Source: Camelus ferus
Taxonomy: Eukaryota
Assembly (NCBI RefSeq): GCF_009834535.1
Contig: NC_045707.1
Span: 49,478,001-49,542,000, forward strand
Length of the DNA: 64,000 nucleotides
Direction: 5' to 3'
Shown: positions 1 through 12,869 of the stretch, in pieces
Layout: every line of letters begins with the position of its first letter
How positions within the stretch are numbered: the first letter of the stretch is position 1
Translations under genes and position numbers: made by a program
Notes under the pieces: model-generated
Database searches by the model: none
Told to the model about the DNA's origin: nothing
Seen by the model: the letters and a program-made list of their open reading frames with translations, nothing else

Positions 1-224
1 TTGGCTACTAAGTGACTAACAAGTGGAATAAGCTGGACAAAGGGATGATTCACATCCCAGGGGGGATGGAGCATGACAGTGTGAGATTTCATCCTGGTAC
101 TCAGAATGGCTTGACTTTTAAAGCTTATGAATTCTTTATTTCTAGAATTTTCCGTTTAATAATTTTGGACCCTGGTTGATCTAGAGCAACTGAAAACACA
201 ACTGCAGATAAGAGAGGACTATTG
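1..224 (-). mobile_element. TcMar-Tigger DNA transposon end (MER44/Tigger7-like), truncated by the window start
   Basis: Reverse complement resembles the recalled MER44 start (CAGTAGTCCCCCCTTATCCGCGG...AAATTCCAGAAATAAACAATTCATAAG...GAATCATCCCTTTGTCCAGC); the terminus is followed by TA at 225-226. Confidence 0.8.
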
Positions 225-314
225 TATATACTACATATACTTTATACATAAACTTCTATCACATATATTAAGTATTTAAGTATATGTATTATATAGTTGT
301 ATATATATACTAAA

Positions 315-755
315 CTTCTGTAATATGAGATAGCCAAAAACACAATAACTTAAATATGATAGGCATTTATTTTTATCTCACATGGCAGTCCAGAGATGTG
401 CAGAGCTGTCAGGGAAGTTCAGTTCCCCAGGTTTTTTAGGGGCACAGTCCTTCTATGTTACAGCTTCATCATCATTATGGACATTGTCTTTACTTCCAAA
501 GTAGAAACTGACAGCTTCCACATTCCTGTTCTACTCTATAGAAAGAGAAAAGAGAAGGTCCAGGAGAAAAGGACCATCTCCTTGAAGCAGATTCATTGGA
601 AGTTATAAGTATCAGTTATACATGCACATACTAAATGCAATCACAAGCCTCACCTAGCTGCAAAGCAGACTAAAAATCAACTGTAGCTGGGTGACATGTG
701 TCTGTAATAACTCAAAAGAGTCTATTACCCAGAGGACAGGGGAAATGGAGACTGC
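315..755 (-). mobile_element. Old ERVL-MaLR LTR (MLT1J/K-like)
   Basis: Motifs 'aacttaaa...atttatttttatctcacat', 'cacctagctgcaaag' and 'gctgggtgacatgtg' are typical of old MLT1 LTRs in antisense. Confidence 0.55.
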
Positions 756-1059
756 TGATCTACGTTCCTCCCAACCCTCTCTCTTTCTCTCTCTCTCTCT
801 CATCATAAGTCAAATCAAACTCAAGAATTAGCCAGTGAGATGAAACAAGTGCTTTACCGGCCAAAAAAACAAAATCAGCTTCAAACGAGGAGTCATACAT
901 TTTATACTAAATATGAAAAGTGCAGATTCCATTCCAAAAAGCATATCCTAAATTCTTAAATTATGAGTAGGAAGAGAAATGTTAAGAGCTAGGACCTAAA
1001 ATCCCTGAGGGACCAGGCATGTTCTGCACCATTCATTCAAGCTGTCTTTCATAGAGCAG

Positions 1060-1240
1060 CATGGCAGAGTAGAGAGAACTTTGATTTTCTTATCTGAAAC
1101 ATATAATGCCAATATCGTGGGATTTTGTGAGGGTTAGCTAGAACTGATTTACAAAAACACATGATATATATATAGTATGCATTTATCCAACACAATGCCT
1201 GGCACATACTAGGCATCTTATAAATGATAAAAGTTCCCAT
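1060..1240 (+). mobile_element. MIR SINE fragment
   Basis: MIR core and 3' end: 'ttttcttatctgaaa...ttgtgaggg...acaatgcctggcacatactagg'. Confidence 0.7.
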
Positions 1241-1249
1241 TAGTGTTAC

Positions 1250-1460
1250 TTTAAACAAACATTTACTTAAGAATTGCATTACTAGTCATTGGTATTTAGT
1301 GATGATGCACAGACAAAATAAACATCCCAGTACTCAAGGAGCACTCAGAGTCTAGGCGTAATGCTAATCAGAAAAGTAAACAGTTTTAATAATATGTAAT
1401 AAAAATTACAATAAATTTAAGCTCATTATACTATGTGGTCTCAAAGGAAAGTCACCTACT
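1250..1460 (-). mobile_element. L2 LINE 3' fragment
   Basis: 'acaaacatttacttaag...ctcaaggagcactcagagtctagg' matches an antisense L2 3' end. Confidence 0.55.
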
Positions 1461-1469
1461 CAGTGAAAT

Positions 1470-1472
<3 letters not shown>

Positions 1473-1512
<40 letters not shown>
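1473..1512. repeat. (GT)20 microsatellite
   Basis: Read directly from the sequence. Confidence 0.98.
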
Positions 1513-1516
<4 letters not shown>

Positions 1517-2301
1517 CCTACCAGCTCTATCAATACCATATTTTTTAAATTTATCTTTGAATATTTTTTATTTTTATATTCATTTTATATTCAGAAAAAG
1601 AAAAAGTACTGAAATCAATGATAACACAATTGAGTCAAAGATTAAAATGGTCAAGGCATGTCAACTCACTAACCTTTAGCATCAATCAGACACTCATTGT
1701 GCTACATTAGTTTACTCTGGGCTGACTTTACAAGAAAATAACAAGTTTAAAAGCCTATTTGAAATGCTGGATATATAACATCAAAAATAGTGGCTAAAAC
1801 TTGACTCTCATGGAGGAGGATAAGCAGATAAATTCCAGAAATTGAAGGGTCACAATAAAGAAGATACAGAGATAGCTAAAAGTATAGAGATCAACGTTAA
1901 ACTATTCCTATTATACAAAGCATGAAGAAAGGAGTTCCCAGGTTTATAGAAATGTCACAGAAATACAGCATACCACTGATTCTCTATACCAAGAAATAAA
2001 GACTTAGATATTCAACATTTCCTGCCTGGATTTCCAGAAGAGTTAATAAGCTACTTGAATCAGAAATCAAAATCACCTGCTTTATCTCCTGCAAAAGTTT
2101 CTTCTAAATTCCTTGTAAAATCACCATCTGTAAATCTTTCTGCTCGACATTAAAGTCAGTTTCTTCTGTCTACTGAAAAAGCTAAGAGAACTAAACTACA
2201 AGGTAAAAAGTTATTTTTGACAGTAATTTTCATTGTGAATATTCAAAACTTAGCCTAATTTACTACGTTAAAATAATACATAAAGTATATACTATTCACT
2301 A

Positions 2302-2764
2302 CAGACATGACTCAGCTGTATTTTGTATTCAATTTCAGGCTGCCACACTAAAGCAAATATTACACAAAATTTTTGGTTTCCCAGTGCATGTAAAAGTTAC
2401 ATTTACACTATACAGTAGCCTCTTCAGTACGCAGTGACATTATGTCAAAAAAACAATGTACATACCTTAATTTAAAACTACTTTATTGCCCCCAAAATGC
2501 TAACCACCATCTGAGCCCTTAGTGAGTCATAGTAGTACTATCAAAGATCACTGATGACAGATCACCATAGCAAATATAATAATAAAGTTTGAAATATTGG
2601 GACAAGTACCAAAATGTGACACACAGACATTGAAGTGAGCAAATGTTGTAAAAATGATGCTGATAGACTTGCTTGAGGCAAGGTCGCCATAAACCTTGAA
2701 TCTCTAAAGAACACGGTATCTACAAAGAGCAGTAAAATGAAGCATAATGAAATAGATACGCCTG
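2302..2764. mobile_element. Internally deleted Tigger1 (Tigger1a-like MITE) with both termini
   Basis: Tigger1 terminal sequence ('tttttggtttcccagtgcatgtaaaagttacatttacactata...' and '...atagatacgcctg'); degenerate TIRs cagacat/acgcctg; TA at the left flank. Confidence 0.85.
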
Positions 2765-3849
2765 TTAATAACCAACCATGATCGCAATAACTAGGTATTT
2801 TATCATGTATTTCAGCTGTTTGAGAATGAAAGGGTTGTTACTGCCCAACTCTTGTAGATTTTACTTTCACAGATTTTTTTTTTAAACATTAGAACAGTCA
2901 ATACTTCGTATGAATATACGTAAGTGTATCTGTGTTTTCAGTGAATAGTTACTGAGCTCTAGGGGGACCACCACGAGACACTAGGTAGCATCAGACACTA
3001 AAATATACCCCAGGGACAGAGGAGTGAATGTTATAGACATAGTTCTAGTTTTCATGGAATTAATACCAAAAAGTGACATGAGAAAATCAAGATACAAAAA
3101 AACCTAGAATAATTAGAACCAACATCTCTATGGTTGAGGTGTCTCCTCTAGGCCAGAATCCTAAGTATGATCTTTCAAGCCCAACCACAGGCAGTTCCAA
3201 AGACTTCACCCAACAGGCTTCGTGAGAGGAAGCTGCCGTCCCCATATCAGACTTGGTACAAAGACACTGCACTGCAGTCTGTAAAGGCAGCTGCAGTCAA
3301 GGACACGGTGTCCCCTGGTGGGGCCCGTGCTCTTATGTATGTCTGCATTCCTGGCCCAGAAGCCTCCATTCCAAGGCCTGCTTATTGAGGGACTGGCAGC
3401 CACAGCCTTTGTCTGCTGAGATCACCTTATCTGAGAGGACCTGAAGACACTTTTCTCCACTCTGACTCAGTATTCAGTGCTTTCCCACTCCTAGCCTTTC
3501 CCTCTCTCTCTACTCCAACCCCAGCCAGCTCCCTAATAACATAAAGTGGCAGAAACCTTTTATTCAGGGCTCCCTCCACAGTGAGTTGATCCTTCCGCAC
3601 CCTCCGACATTTGTCTGTTCTGACACATCTGACCCTTGCTAGACACGGCTCCATGTGGAAAAATAGTACCTATGGGGAGCCAGCATGTTTAGTGTCTTGC
3701 TTATACTATCACAATTAAGTGATTAGAGTTTTGATTGTGGCTTTCCTCTTGGCTTGTCTTGATCAACCACCTGGGTACATGGAAGCTCAGTTCTCTCCTG
3801 CTGAGCTCTTGACAATGTAATGCTTTGTGGCTACAGTAAAGGAGTCGCA

Positions 3850-3975
3850 TCTTTACAATCACCACAGGAAAATAAACTAGGCGCAGAGAGGTTAAGTGGC
3901 TTCCCCAAGATCATCCAGCTAGTAAGAGGACAAGCCAAGGCACAAGGCCAGGCAGTCGGACTCCAGGGCCCACAT
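3850..3975 (-). mobile_element. MIR SINE fragment
   Basis: 'aaactaggcgcagagaggttaagtggcttccccaagatcatccagctagtaag...gactccagggccc'. Confidence 0.85.
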
Positions 3976-4029
3976 TAGGACTGACTAAGTCCCACAGTTG
4001 TATGGCCATTCCGGAAAGTGGTGGAAGCC

Positions 4030-4700
4030 ACAAAGAGAACAGAACAAGAAGAAGTGAGCAATACTGCAGACAGTGGCTGAGAAATGGCTCTCTGAGGGCG
4101 TGACTTTCAGCCAAGATATGAGTAACATGAAGGAACTGAGGCTGAGAAGATATGGGAGAGGAAAGTTCCAGGCTGAGGGAAATACCAGAGGATAAATCTG
4201 GTATGCTCTCAGCACGGAAGGCAGACAGTATGGCAGGAGCATGGGAGCATGGGTGGGAGACAAGTTGGAGAGATGGGAGGTCACCGATTACGAAGGGCTT
4301 TGAAAGTCATTGATGAAGAGCTTAATTTTACTGTAAGTGCAATGGGAAATTGTCAGTGAGTTGCACAGGGGGTGCCATGATATGATATATATTTTTAAAA
4401 AGATTGCACTGACTGCTGTTAGGAAATGGATTGAATAGAGAAAAATTGGAAGTGGGGACATCAATGAAATTAGTTAGGGAGAAGAAAAAAGAAGATGCAC
4501 ATTGCAGGCATAAGAAATGCCATGCACAAAGTCAAAAAGATGGTAGAAAGTGTGGGGACCTGAAGGAAGTACAAGTCCTAAAGAATGGCTCAATTATCGG
4601 GTGCAAGTGGGTGAGTGACTAGTGAGGAGGCTGAGAAACTCATCAGCATGCATCCAAACCTTATGCATGCCTTGGTAAGGAGTCTGGCCTAAGAACACTG
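4030..4700 (-). mobile_element. L2 LINE fragments
   Basis: 'ggctctctgagggcgtgactttcagcc...gttccaggctgagggaa...aaagattgcactgactgctg' is typical antisense L2. Confidence 0.7.
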
Positions 4701-4711
4701 GTGGCCCAGTG

Positions 4712-4850
4712 TTCATGTATGACTGAAGCATTATGCTGTACATAAAAAAATGACAAAACATTGTAAACGGACTATACTTCAATTAAAAATATATACAAAA
4801 AAAATACAGAAAGAGAGACATAGAAGGGAAAAAAAAAAAAAAGAAAGAAC
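4712..4850 (+). mobile_element. Severely 5'-truncated lineage-specific L1 3' end with A-rich tail
   Basis: 'tgtatgactgaagcattatgctgtaca...acattgtaaacggactatacttcaatt' is nearly identical to the L1 ends near 12.8, 18.25 and 29.35 kb. Confidence 0.85.
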
Positions 4851-5759
4851 GAAAAAAGTTTCTCGTTCACCAAGACAAACCTACCTCTTAGAATAGAAAG
4901 GGAACAGAGAAAATGAGAATGGACAGGCAAAGGGTAGAGCACACCTCTAATCCTACAGCCTTCCTGTGGGCAATTTCTTACAAATAGGACATTACCCTCT
5001 CTCACCCGGAACATCTGAAGGTACCCAAGACCATAGACTGGCAGGTCTGCTCCACCCAGAGAATTATGTAATCCTGACCTAGCCTGGCAGGATATTAAGG
5101 GTAGGTGGTGGGTACCATGTATCTAGCTGCCTTTAAACTGAGAGTCTGGCTTTCCTGAGGCAAATTTTGCATCTTTGTGCCTATGGAGTTTCAGATTCAT
5201 TTCTAATCCCTGCCATGTTTGCATAGGCCCTAAGGTAAGATCTCTGTCATGATTTCCCAATTACATTTACTTCTCCTACCAGGATAGAAGTGTTGCTGCA
5301 AACTCCAGAAAGCAGGAAAAGACCCTGGCCCCTGACCTCCCTCTCAGAAGGCTAGATTCTGCAGACGAAATATCCCCATTTTTGTCTGAAGACCATTTTT
5401 AAAAACCACTTTGAAATCACGATGCTATCCCTGACTGCATGTGTCTAACTCACCATCTGGATACTCTGGTTACTTTGTCCTCTTCACCCCCAAATCAGTC
5501 TCTTTGCAGCCCTACCTACCATCCCTGTCATTCCCTCTCTCCCCATGACCTACATGTGAGTCCAGCATTTTAAACAGCAATACTTCTCAATCCATTTTAT
5601 TAACCTGATAGCTCTGGGGAATAAAGTTCTAAAGAAGGTCAAATCTCTTTCCCTTTTACCAAGAACCCATTCCATTTCCTGGACATTTTGTGACTTTTAG
5701 TTACTGCACGCTTTGTTATTGCTGACTAGTTTATGTATACATTATCTAAAATTATCATC

Positions 5760-6170
5760 TCTATCTAACCATAAGAAGAAAACTTCAGACAAATCTCAGT
5801 GGAGAGACATTTTTAAAAATCCCTGACCAGTACTCCTCAAAACTATCAAGATCATTAGAAATAATGGAAAATCTCAGAAACCGGTCGTAACTAAGAGGAT
5901 CCTAAGGAGACATGGCAACTAGGCATACTGTTGTATTTTAGATGGGATTTGGAAACAGAAAAAGGGCAGTTGGGAGAACCTGAAGAAATGTGAATGAAGG
6001 ACGGACTTTAGCTAATAATAATCAGTATTTGCTCATTAATTGTGACTAATGTACTATACCAATATAAAATGTTAATTAGAGGGAAACTGGATGTAGGTTA
6101 TTTAGGGACTCTCTGTCCAAGCTTTGCAATAATTCTGTAAATCCTATTTTGAAATTGGAAGTTATTTAAA
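5760..6170 (+). mobile_element. Old L1M (L1MC-like) 3' UTR
   Basis: 'tcagacaaatc...ctgaccagtactcctcaaaactatcaag...gggaaactggatg...ctgtaaatcc'. Confidence 0.8.
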
Positions 6171-6381
6171 GATAAGCAACATAATATGGCAATGGCTATA
6201 CATTTTGCTTTATTCCAGAAATTATGCTCCTTGCCATAATTTTTTAAACCTCCTCTATTATTTCTTTGTGAAATTCAACTCCCTTATTTCTTTTAAAGAT
6301 ATATAAAGACCTTCCCTTTTTTCTGAGCAGATTGTTGAGGTTATTTAAGGTCAGGTTGTCTATAAATATTAGGACTGGCTT

Positions 6382-6431
6382 CATTTGGAGTTGAAAGGAG
6401 AAACTGCATTTGGAGTTGAAGGGAGAACACT
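6382..6431. repeat. Imperfect tandem duplication, 2 x 25 bp
   Basis: catttggagttgaaaggagaaactg / catttggagttgaagggagaacact. Confidence 0.9.
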
Positions 6432-6654
6432 TAAAATCATTTTTAGTTAATTATTTATTCCTAAGTTTCTCATTCTTCCTTTCATATATTAGTATATTGA
6501 TTTACATGAGCACAAGTGAACATCTTGAATGCTTTATAAAGGCTTTATTATCCTTCCTTTCTCTATCTTCAAAATGCATCTTCTCAATTGACCCATTTTC
6601 CCTCATCTAAGCACCTGTAGGAAGAAGATAATGTTCTCACCTTCGGCAGTGATG

Positions 6655-6880
6655 ATAATGGAGCATATGGTAGACTTAGGAAAAATAGAAGCTCCACCAG
6701 TCGTGTTTTGACCTTGAACAAGCTCTGGAGCTTGGCTTCCTCCATCTCTAAAGCAGAAATAATACTAGTAATGAACTCATATGTATGATAAGGATTCAAT
6801 GAAATAGTAATAAAATAGTTTATTTAAAATGCTTAGCATAGGACCTGCCACATAATCTGTCAATAAATACTAGCTATTGT
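6655..6880 (+). mobile_element. MIR SINE
   Basis: 'tgaccttgaacaag...ttcctccatctctaaa...aaggattcaatgaaata...gcttagcataggacctgccacata'. Confidence 0.8.
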
Positions 6881-7369
6881 TTTTAGGGCTGTGGTCTCCT
6901 ATGAACCTACATGTAACAGAGACAGTAAACCACCTGTGGTGAAGCAGTAGAACATAAAGGTTCTGGTCCTCCTATAAGGAGGAAAAACAAGAAAACAGAG
7001 AATAGTCTATCCATGGATAAGGGAATAATGGTGATGTGCAAAGTTAAGGAAGCAGATGGAAGAATAGAGCAGTCCAGCTTTTCCTACAGCTTTATAATGT
7101 CTCTGTGATGCACGATGACTGTTGTCAGGTCATTATCTCTTCATATGAGTGGTCACCGAAGTGGTGGTTTTGAATTTAAGAGAATTTCGTTATTGTTGAG
7201 ACCTACTCTCACTTCTGGGGGAGACAAAAAGCAGGGAGAAAGAAAATGTCATTATCTTACCCACAGTTATCTCTGGAGACCACAAACACAAAAATAAGTA
7301 TTGTGTGGTATTATGCAGTAAATAAATATTTGTTGAGTAAATTTATCCTCATGAGACAACCAATAGCTG

Positions 7370-8110
7370 TCTTTTTATTGAACATTGTGTATAAGACATG
7401 CATTCTATGTATCTCATCTGGTTTACTATTTACTGCAAACTAATAAGATAGATTTGTATTACTTTCATTTTAGAAAGATAAAGTAAAACAAGAGATTCTG
7501 TAGTATGCCCAAAGTCATTCAGCCAAGAAAAGTGATTTGATGCAGGGTTTCTCTAACTCCAATCAATATTGGAATACTTATTCCTTGTACAGGTACTAGA
7601 GGCACAGTAATACACAAGATACAACCCCTGACCTCAAGGAGCTGACAGTCTAGTGAGGAATACGGATGGGGTGAGTGAAATTCAGTTGCTGTAAGATCGC
7701 ACAGGCAGAGGTTTTAACCCAGAGACAAATATTTAGCATTTATGGCTCACATCGCTAAGCAAAGCACAGTTTCCCACTTGGCTCAGATATGTGAGGTCCT
7801 TAATAGCAGGGATTGTATCTTATCCTTGAGTTTTGCTGCAGAAGAGGTAGTGGTTTAGCACACCTCCTTTAGAGAGAGAGTATGTGGGCTTTAGCTGAGT
7901 AGTTACTTACTGCCATGTTTTGGGTGCACTGTGGCTTGGTTTTCTCATCTATTAAAGGGGGATGCTAATAATCATACTACCCATAAGAAGATATCTTTTG
8001 GAAGCACTTAGAATAGTGTCTGTCACATAAATATGTTTGACTCCTTCCTCGTCGCAGCCAGCACCATGCCTGGCTACATACAATAGGCACTCAGTCAATG
8101 TTTTTAAGTC
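7370..8110. mobile_element. Cluster of MIR and L2 fragments in both orientations
   Basis: MIR(-) about 7370-7560, L2(-) about 7570-7660, MIR(+) about 7845-8040, L2 3' end about 8055-8110. Confidence 0.6.
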
Positions 8111-10742
8111 ATTACAGAGGTTATGAAAACTTTGACTATATTTTAGACAACCTTGTAAATGAACTTAAATCCAATGGAATAAAAAGCCAATTCAGCATAA
8201 AATGATTTAAAAACAGCAAACCAATAAATAAATAGATACTCTCTTCTGCCAGGCCAATATGAGTATGAAAATTTAGACAAGTGACAAAGACATATGCATG
8301 GCAGAGTTTCATCATGATGCTGTCAATCAGTTCTTTCAAATTCTGTGTCCGTACTTCTGTCCCTTCTGCTGCATCAACACGGTCTTACCTTCTCCTTGGC
8401 TTCTAGAATTGTTCAGAAAATTCCCTGTCCTTTGGGTAAGGATGGTGTGGATGTTAGTTGTTGGTCTCCATTGAGTCAGATCATTGCCTTGGATACAGGA
8501 AGAAAGTTCCAGACTTACTGGCACATGATTTAGGTTTCCATGAATATTTATCTGTGGCTAATTGCCTCATAACGTCTCAGTGAAGTAGATCCTTTTATTC
8601 TGACTGATTTTATCCTCCTGATATGCACTACAATAGAAAGGATCAAGAGAAGGAAAACATAATATGGAAAGCAGAACTGAGATAAGATCTATCTGGATTT
8701 TGTAGTTTCATTAGTATAGCGAGTGTCAGAAAACTCTAAGAAATTACTTACAAGATTAACCCTGAAAGCTTTTTATTCTAATACCTTCCCAGTGAAAGGA
8801 TGGGAAAACACATTAATACTATCACTGTGATAATAATCTAAAAATTTCAAAATAAACCTAGAGATTTATTTAGAAAATAACAATAGCAGAAATAAATATT
8901 ATTTTTTAAAGAACAAAAATGCTTTCTTTTTCTAGAGTGACCCAAACTCTAATTTCATGTCTGAAGTTCATAAACCTAATCACAGTGAATTCATTTAGCA
9001 TGATTATGGGGTTCACTTCAGCTCTTCAGATGGAATTTTGTTCTATTGTAATTTTGTTCCAGAGCACTGTATCATTAAAATGAAATATTAATGATGTTTT
9101 TATTAACAATTGTCGAGAAAATTATGGACAGGATTCCAAAAATATAAAAGCTGCAATTGTTTTAGAAACCTACATTTTAAAAATGTACTATTCGAAGACA
9201 TTCAACTTATTAAGAAAATAACGTATAACAACTCTCATTTATCATGGGTATTTATTATTCCAAAATTACATAAATGCTAGGCTGAACCAAAGAGCAACAG
9301 TAAAAGAATTTATATGAAAGATTAATTAGAATAGAATATTTCCCTTTAGAACAATTTTAAAGGAACTCTGTGTGTTGATGTTCATTTTAATTAGAATTTT
9401 CATTTCTTTAAAAAAAAGTATTACTTTTTTTCATAACTATGTCTGCTTTGAGAAAAATATACTTTCAAATCACTGCTCTTTGGGGAATATTAAAGTAGTG
9501 TTTTTGGCTCCCAAAATGACTATGTGTAACCTAAACCACGAAAATGTGTCTTGTTTTAAATTCCCATGAACAAAATTAGTATGAGTCCTGAACCACTGTT
9601 TCCTGTGGAAAATACTAGCCCACTACTGGGAATAAGTTTTCCCCTAAAAACTTGCTGGTATTATAGAGCAATTTTTACAATAGTACTGCTATTACTATTG
9701 CAGAGAGTTTTTGTTTTTGTTTGTTTGTTTATTATTTTGTGCCACTATGGAATTCAACAAACTCTTTATCACCTTAGATTTTGAAAAATTTTATTTAAGG
9801 ATATATTTCAATAAAAATAGACTAAGGAAAAGTTTGTGACAAATATTTTTTTCCTATCTTTATTTTTGTATTTCTTGTGCCCTCCTTTCTTTCTAAAAAA
9901 CTAACATAGATTAATGCGGTCAGTAGATTCAGTAGGTAAGCCACAATCATTGAAAAAGCTTCTATCTGGGAGAGAAGGTTGATACAGAACCTAGAAGAAA
10001 AACATACACTTGTCAACAAAGTCAAACTTTGTTAATTTTAATATCCTTGACTTATCCAGAGTTCTTTTATCTGATAGCACATAACTCCAGAATACAGTTG
10101 GAATTGGTAAAAGAAAAAATCAAGTATCTTTAGATGTCATTAAGTTCTTTTATTTAATTTCACATATTGCATTCAAAGGGGATCATTTTAGGACTTTGAT
10201 CATTCTATTTCACCGCAGTCTGTTTTCAAACTCAGATCAAATCATCTTGCTTATCATGTTATTCAGGCTGTGGAGAATCCAAAGGGTGACTGGTGACAGC
10301 TTTCCTGTTGTACAAGTTAATAAAAAAGAGAAAAACTATAAAAACAAATTTCTAAACTAAAAAATGTGTTGGATGACCCAATTGTAGACATTTTCAGTTC
10401 ATGAAAATATCAAACTTGGATTAAATTGTATTAATATGGCATCAGAAAATTGTCAAAAAATTATGCTCAGTTTCTCATTTGAAGAGTACATGAAGTGATA
10501 TCCTGAGATGGCTTGACCCTCCTAAAGTTAATGCTTCAAATTCTAGACAAAATATATATGTTTTTTAAATCACCTGAAAGTACTGAAGAAGGTTACAAAA
10601 CAGGCAGATTCTAGAGGGAATTTGAAACTTGGAAGAATGGCTTACAAGAAATGAGTTGCCTACTGTTAAAGGAGTTAGCATTTAAATGCCAAAGGATACC
10701 TGCAGTCTTTCTGACCTGAAGTTTCAGACTATAGAATTTGAG

Positions 10743-10744
<2 letters not shown>

Positions 10745-10774
<30 letters not shown>
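10745..10774 (+). repeat. Poly(A)30 tract
   Basis: Read directly from the sequence. Confidence 0.95.
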
Positions 10775-10776
<2 letters not shown>

Positions 10777-12222
10777 AGATCTTGGAAAATGAGGAGAAAA
10801 TCCCAGAAAGAAGAGCTCTGGACAGATAGAGTTTCAAATTTTGTTTATAAATTAACCTAATTATCTGACTGACCATCTATGCATGCACAGAACAGATTCA
10901 AAGCAGTCAAAGTTAAAAAAAAAAACAAAAACAAAATTTAATGAACTGAAATTTGAGATGTCATCTACAAAATAAAATTTGTAGTTTGAGACCTAACAAG
11001 TCAATCGCCCACTAAGGTAAAATCTTTAACACTCTGTAAAAGAATAAATAAAAAATCGAAAATCCCCATAATGTAACAATCACACTGTCTACGTTACAAT
11101 CCAAAATTATTTGATGTCAGATGATCTAGGAAAATGTGATCCATTTTCAATAGGAGAGACTATCAAGACCAACCCTGAGATGACCAGTGCTGAGTGAGGT
11201 AAAGGAAAATATGCTTGGAATGAAGAAATTTCTGCAGATAAATAGAAACCATATTGAAAGTGCAAATTCTAGAACTGAAAAATAATATCTGAAATAAAAT
11301 ATTAACTGAAGGGAATTAATAGCAGAATTAAGATGACAGAGAAAAGAGTGACTATGAAGATAGATAAACAGAAAATGTTCAACCTGAAGAATACGAGGAG
11401 AAACATCTGAGAAAAGAAATTCAGAGAAATTCAGTGACTTGTGGAACAATAACAGAAGATCTAATACATGTGTAATTGGAGTTGCAGCAGGAAAAAAAAG
11501 AATGTGACAAAACAAATATTTGAAAGTAGGATAACTAAGTTTCCGAACTTGAGGAAAAACATAAATTTACAGATTGAGAAATTCAACAAATTGCAAGTAG
11601 GAAAAATACAAAAAAATAAAATGACCAAGCATAATATTATAAACCTGCTGAAAACTAAGAACATTTTGAAAATAAACAGAGGAAAATAGCATCTTACATG
11701 CAAGGAAGCAACTGTGAAAAAGTTTCTGACTTCTTATGAAAAATCGTGGAGGCCAGAAGAAAGTGAAATGACTATCTTTAAAGTGATAAATAGAACAAAA
11801 GGCAACCCCAAATCATTTATCAAGTGATAATATTTTTCAAGAATGATAGTAAAGATGTTTTCATGTGAAAGGAAGCAAAGAAAATTTGTCACCAACAGAC
11901 TTATACTGTAGAAAATAAAGGAATATTTCAAGTTAAAAGAAAATTATCCCAGATGGAAATTTGGATCATCAGGAAGGAAAGAAGAACAGCAGAAGTGTTA
12001 AGTGTCTGCAAAATGTAAAAGAGTATTTTTCTTTTAACTTCTTTAAAGTCATAAAATTATCTTGTGTTCATGCAGGAGAACTATAACATAACGGTGGGAG
12101 AAAATTGACTCTCAAGACTGCATGTTTTCTACACGTCTTCCTAAAGTGTTACAATATTAATTTTAAGTAAATTAAACAAACTTTGTACATTGCAATCTTT
12201 AGAGTGACCACTAAAACAATAA

Positions 12223-12869
12223 TCCTGCTCCTGGGCATATGTCCAGAGGGAAGTTTACTTTGAAAAGATACATGCACCCCAATGTTCATGGCAGCACTAT
12301 TTACAATAGTCAAGACATAGAAACAACCTTAATGGCCATCGACAGATGACTGGATAAAAAAGTTGTGGTATATTTATATACTGGAATACTACTCAGCCAT
12401 AAAAAATAATAAAATAATGCCATTTGCAGCAACATGGATGGACCTGGAGATTGTCATTCTAAGTAAACTAAGCCAGAAAGAGAAAGAAAAATACCATATG
12501 AATATCGCTTATATGTGGAATCTAAAAAAAGACAAATGAACTTATGTACAAAACAGAAACAGACTCACAGACATAGAAAACAAACTTATAGTTACCAGGG
12601 GGGAAAGGAGGTGGGAAGGGATAAACTGGGCATTTGAGATTTGCAGATACTAACTACTATATATAAAATAGATAAGCAACAAGGTTATACTGTATAGCAC
12701 AGGAAACTATATTCAATATCTTGTAGTAACCTATAATGAAAAAGAATATTAAAATGAATATATGTATGCATATGTATGACTGAACTATTATGCTGTACAC
12801 CAGAAATTGATACAACATTGTAAACTGACTATACTTCAATAAATAAATAAATAAAATATAGCTTGAAAA
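12223..12869 (+). mobile_element. Younger 5'-truncated L1 (ORF2 C-terminus and 3' UTR) inserted in the older L1M
   Basis: 'atggatggacctggagattgtcattctaag...actcacagacatagaaaacaaacttatagttacc' plus A-rich tail; probable TSD aaaacaataa (12213-12222) / aaaccaataa (12870-12879). Confidence 0.92.
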
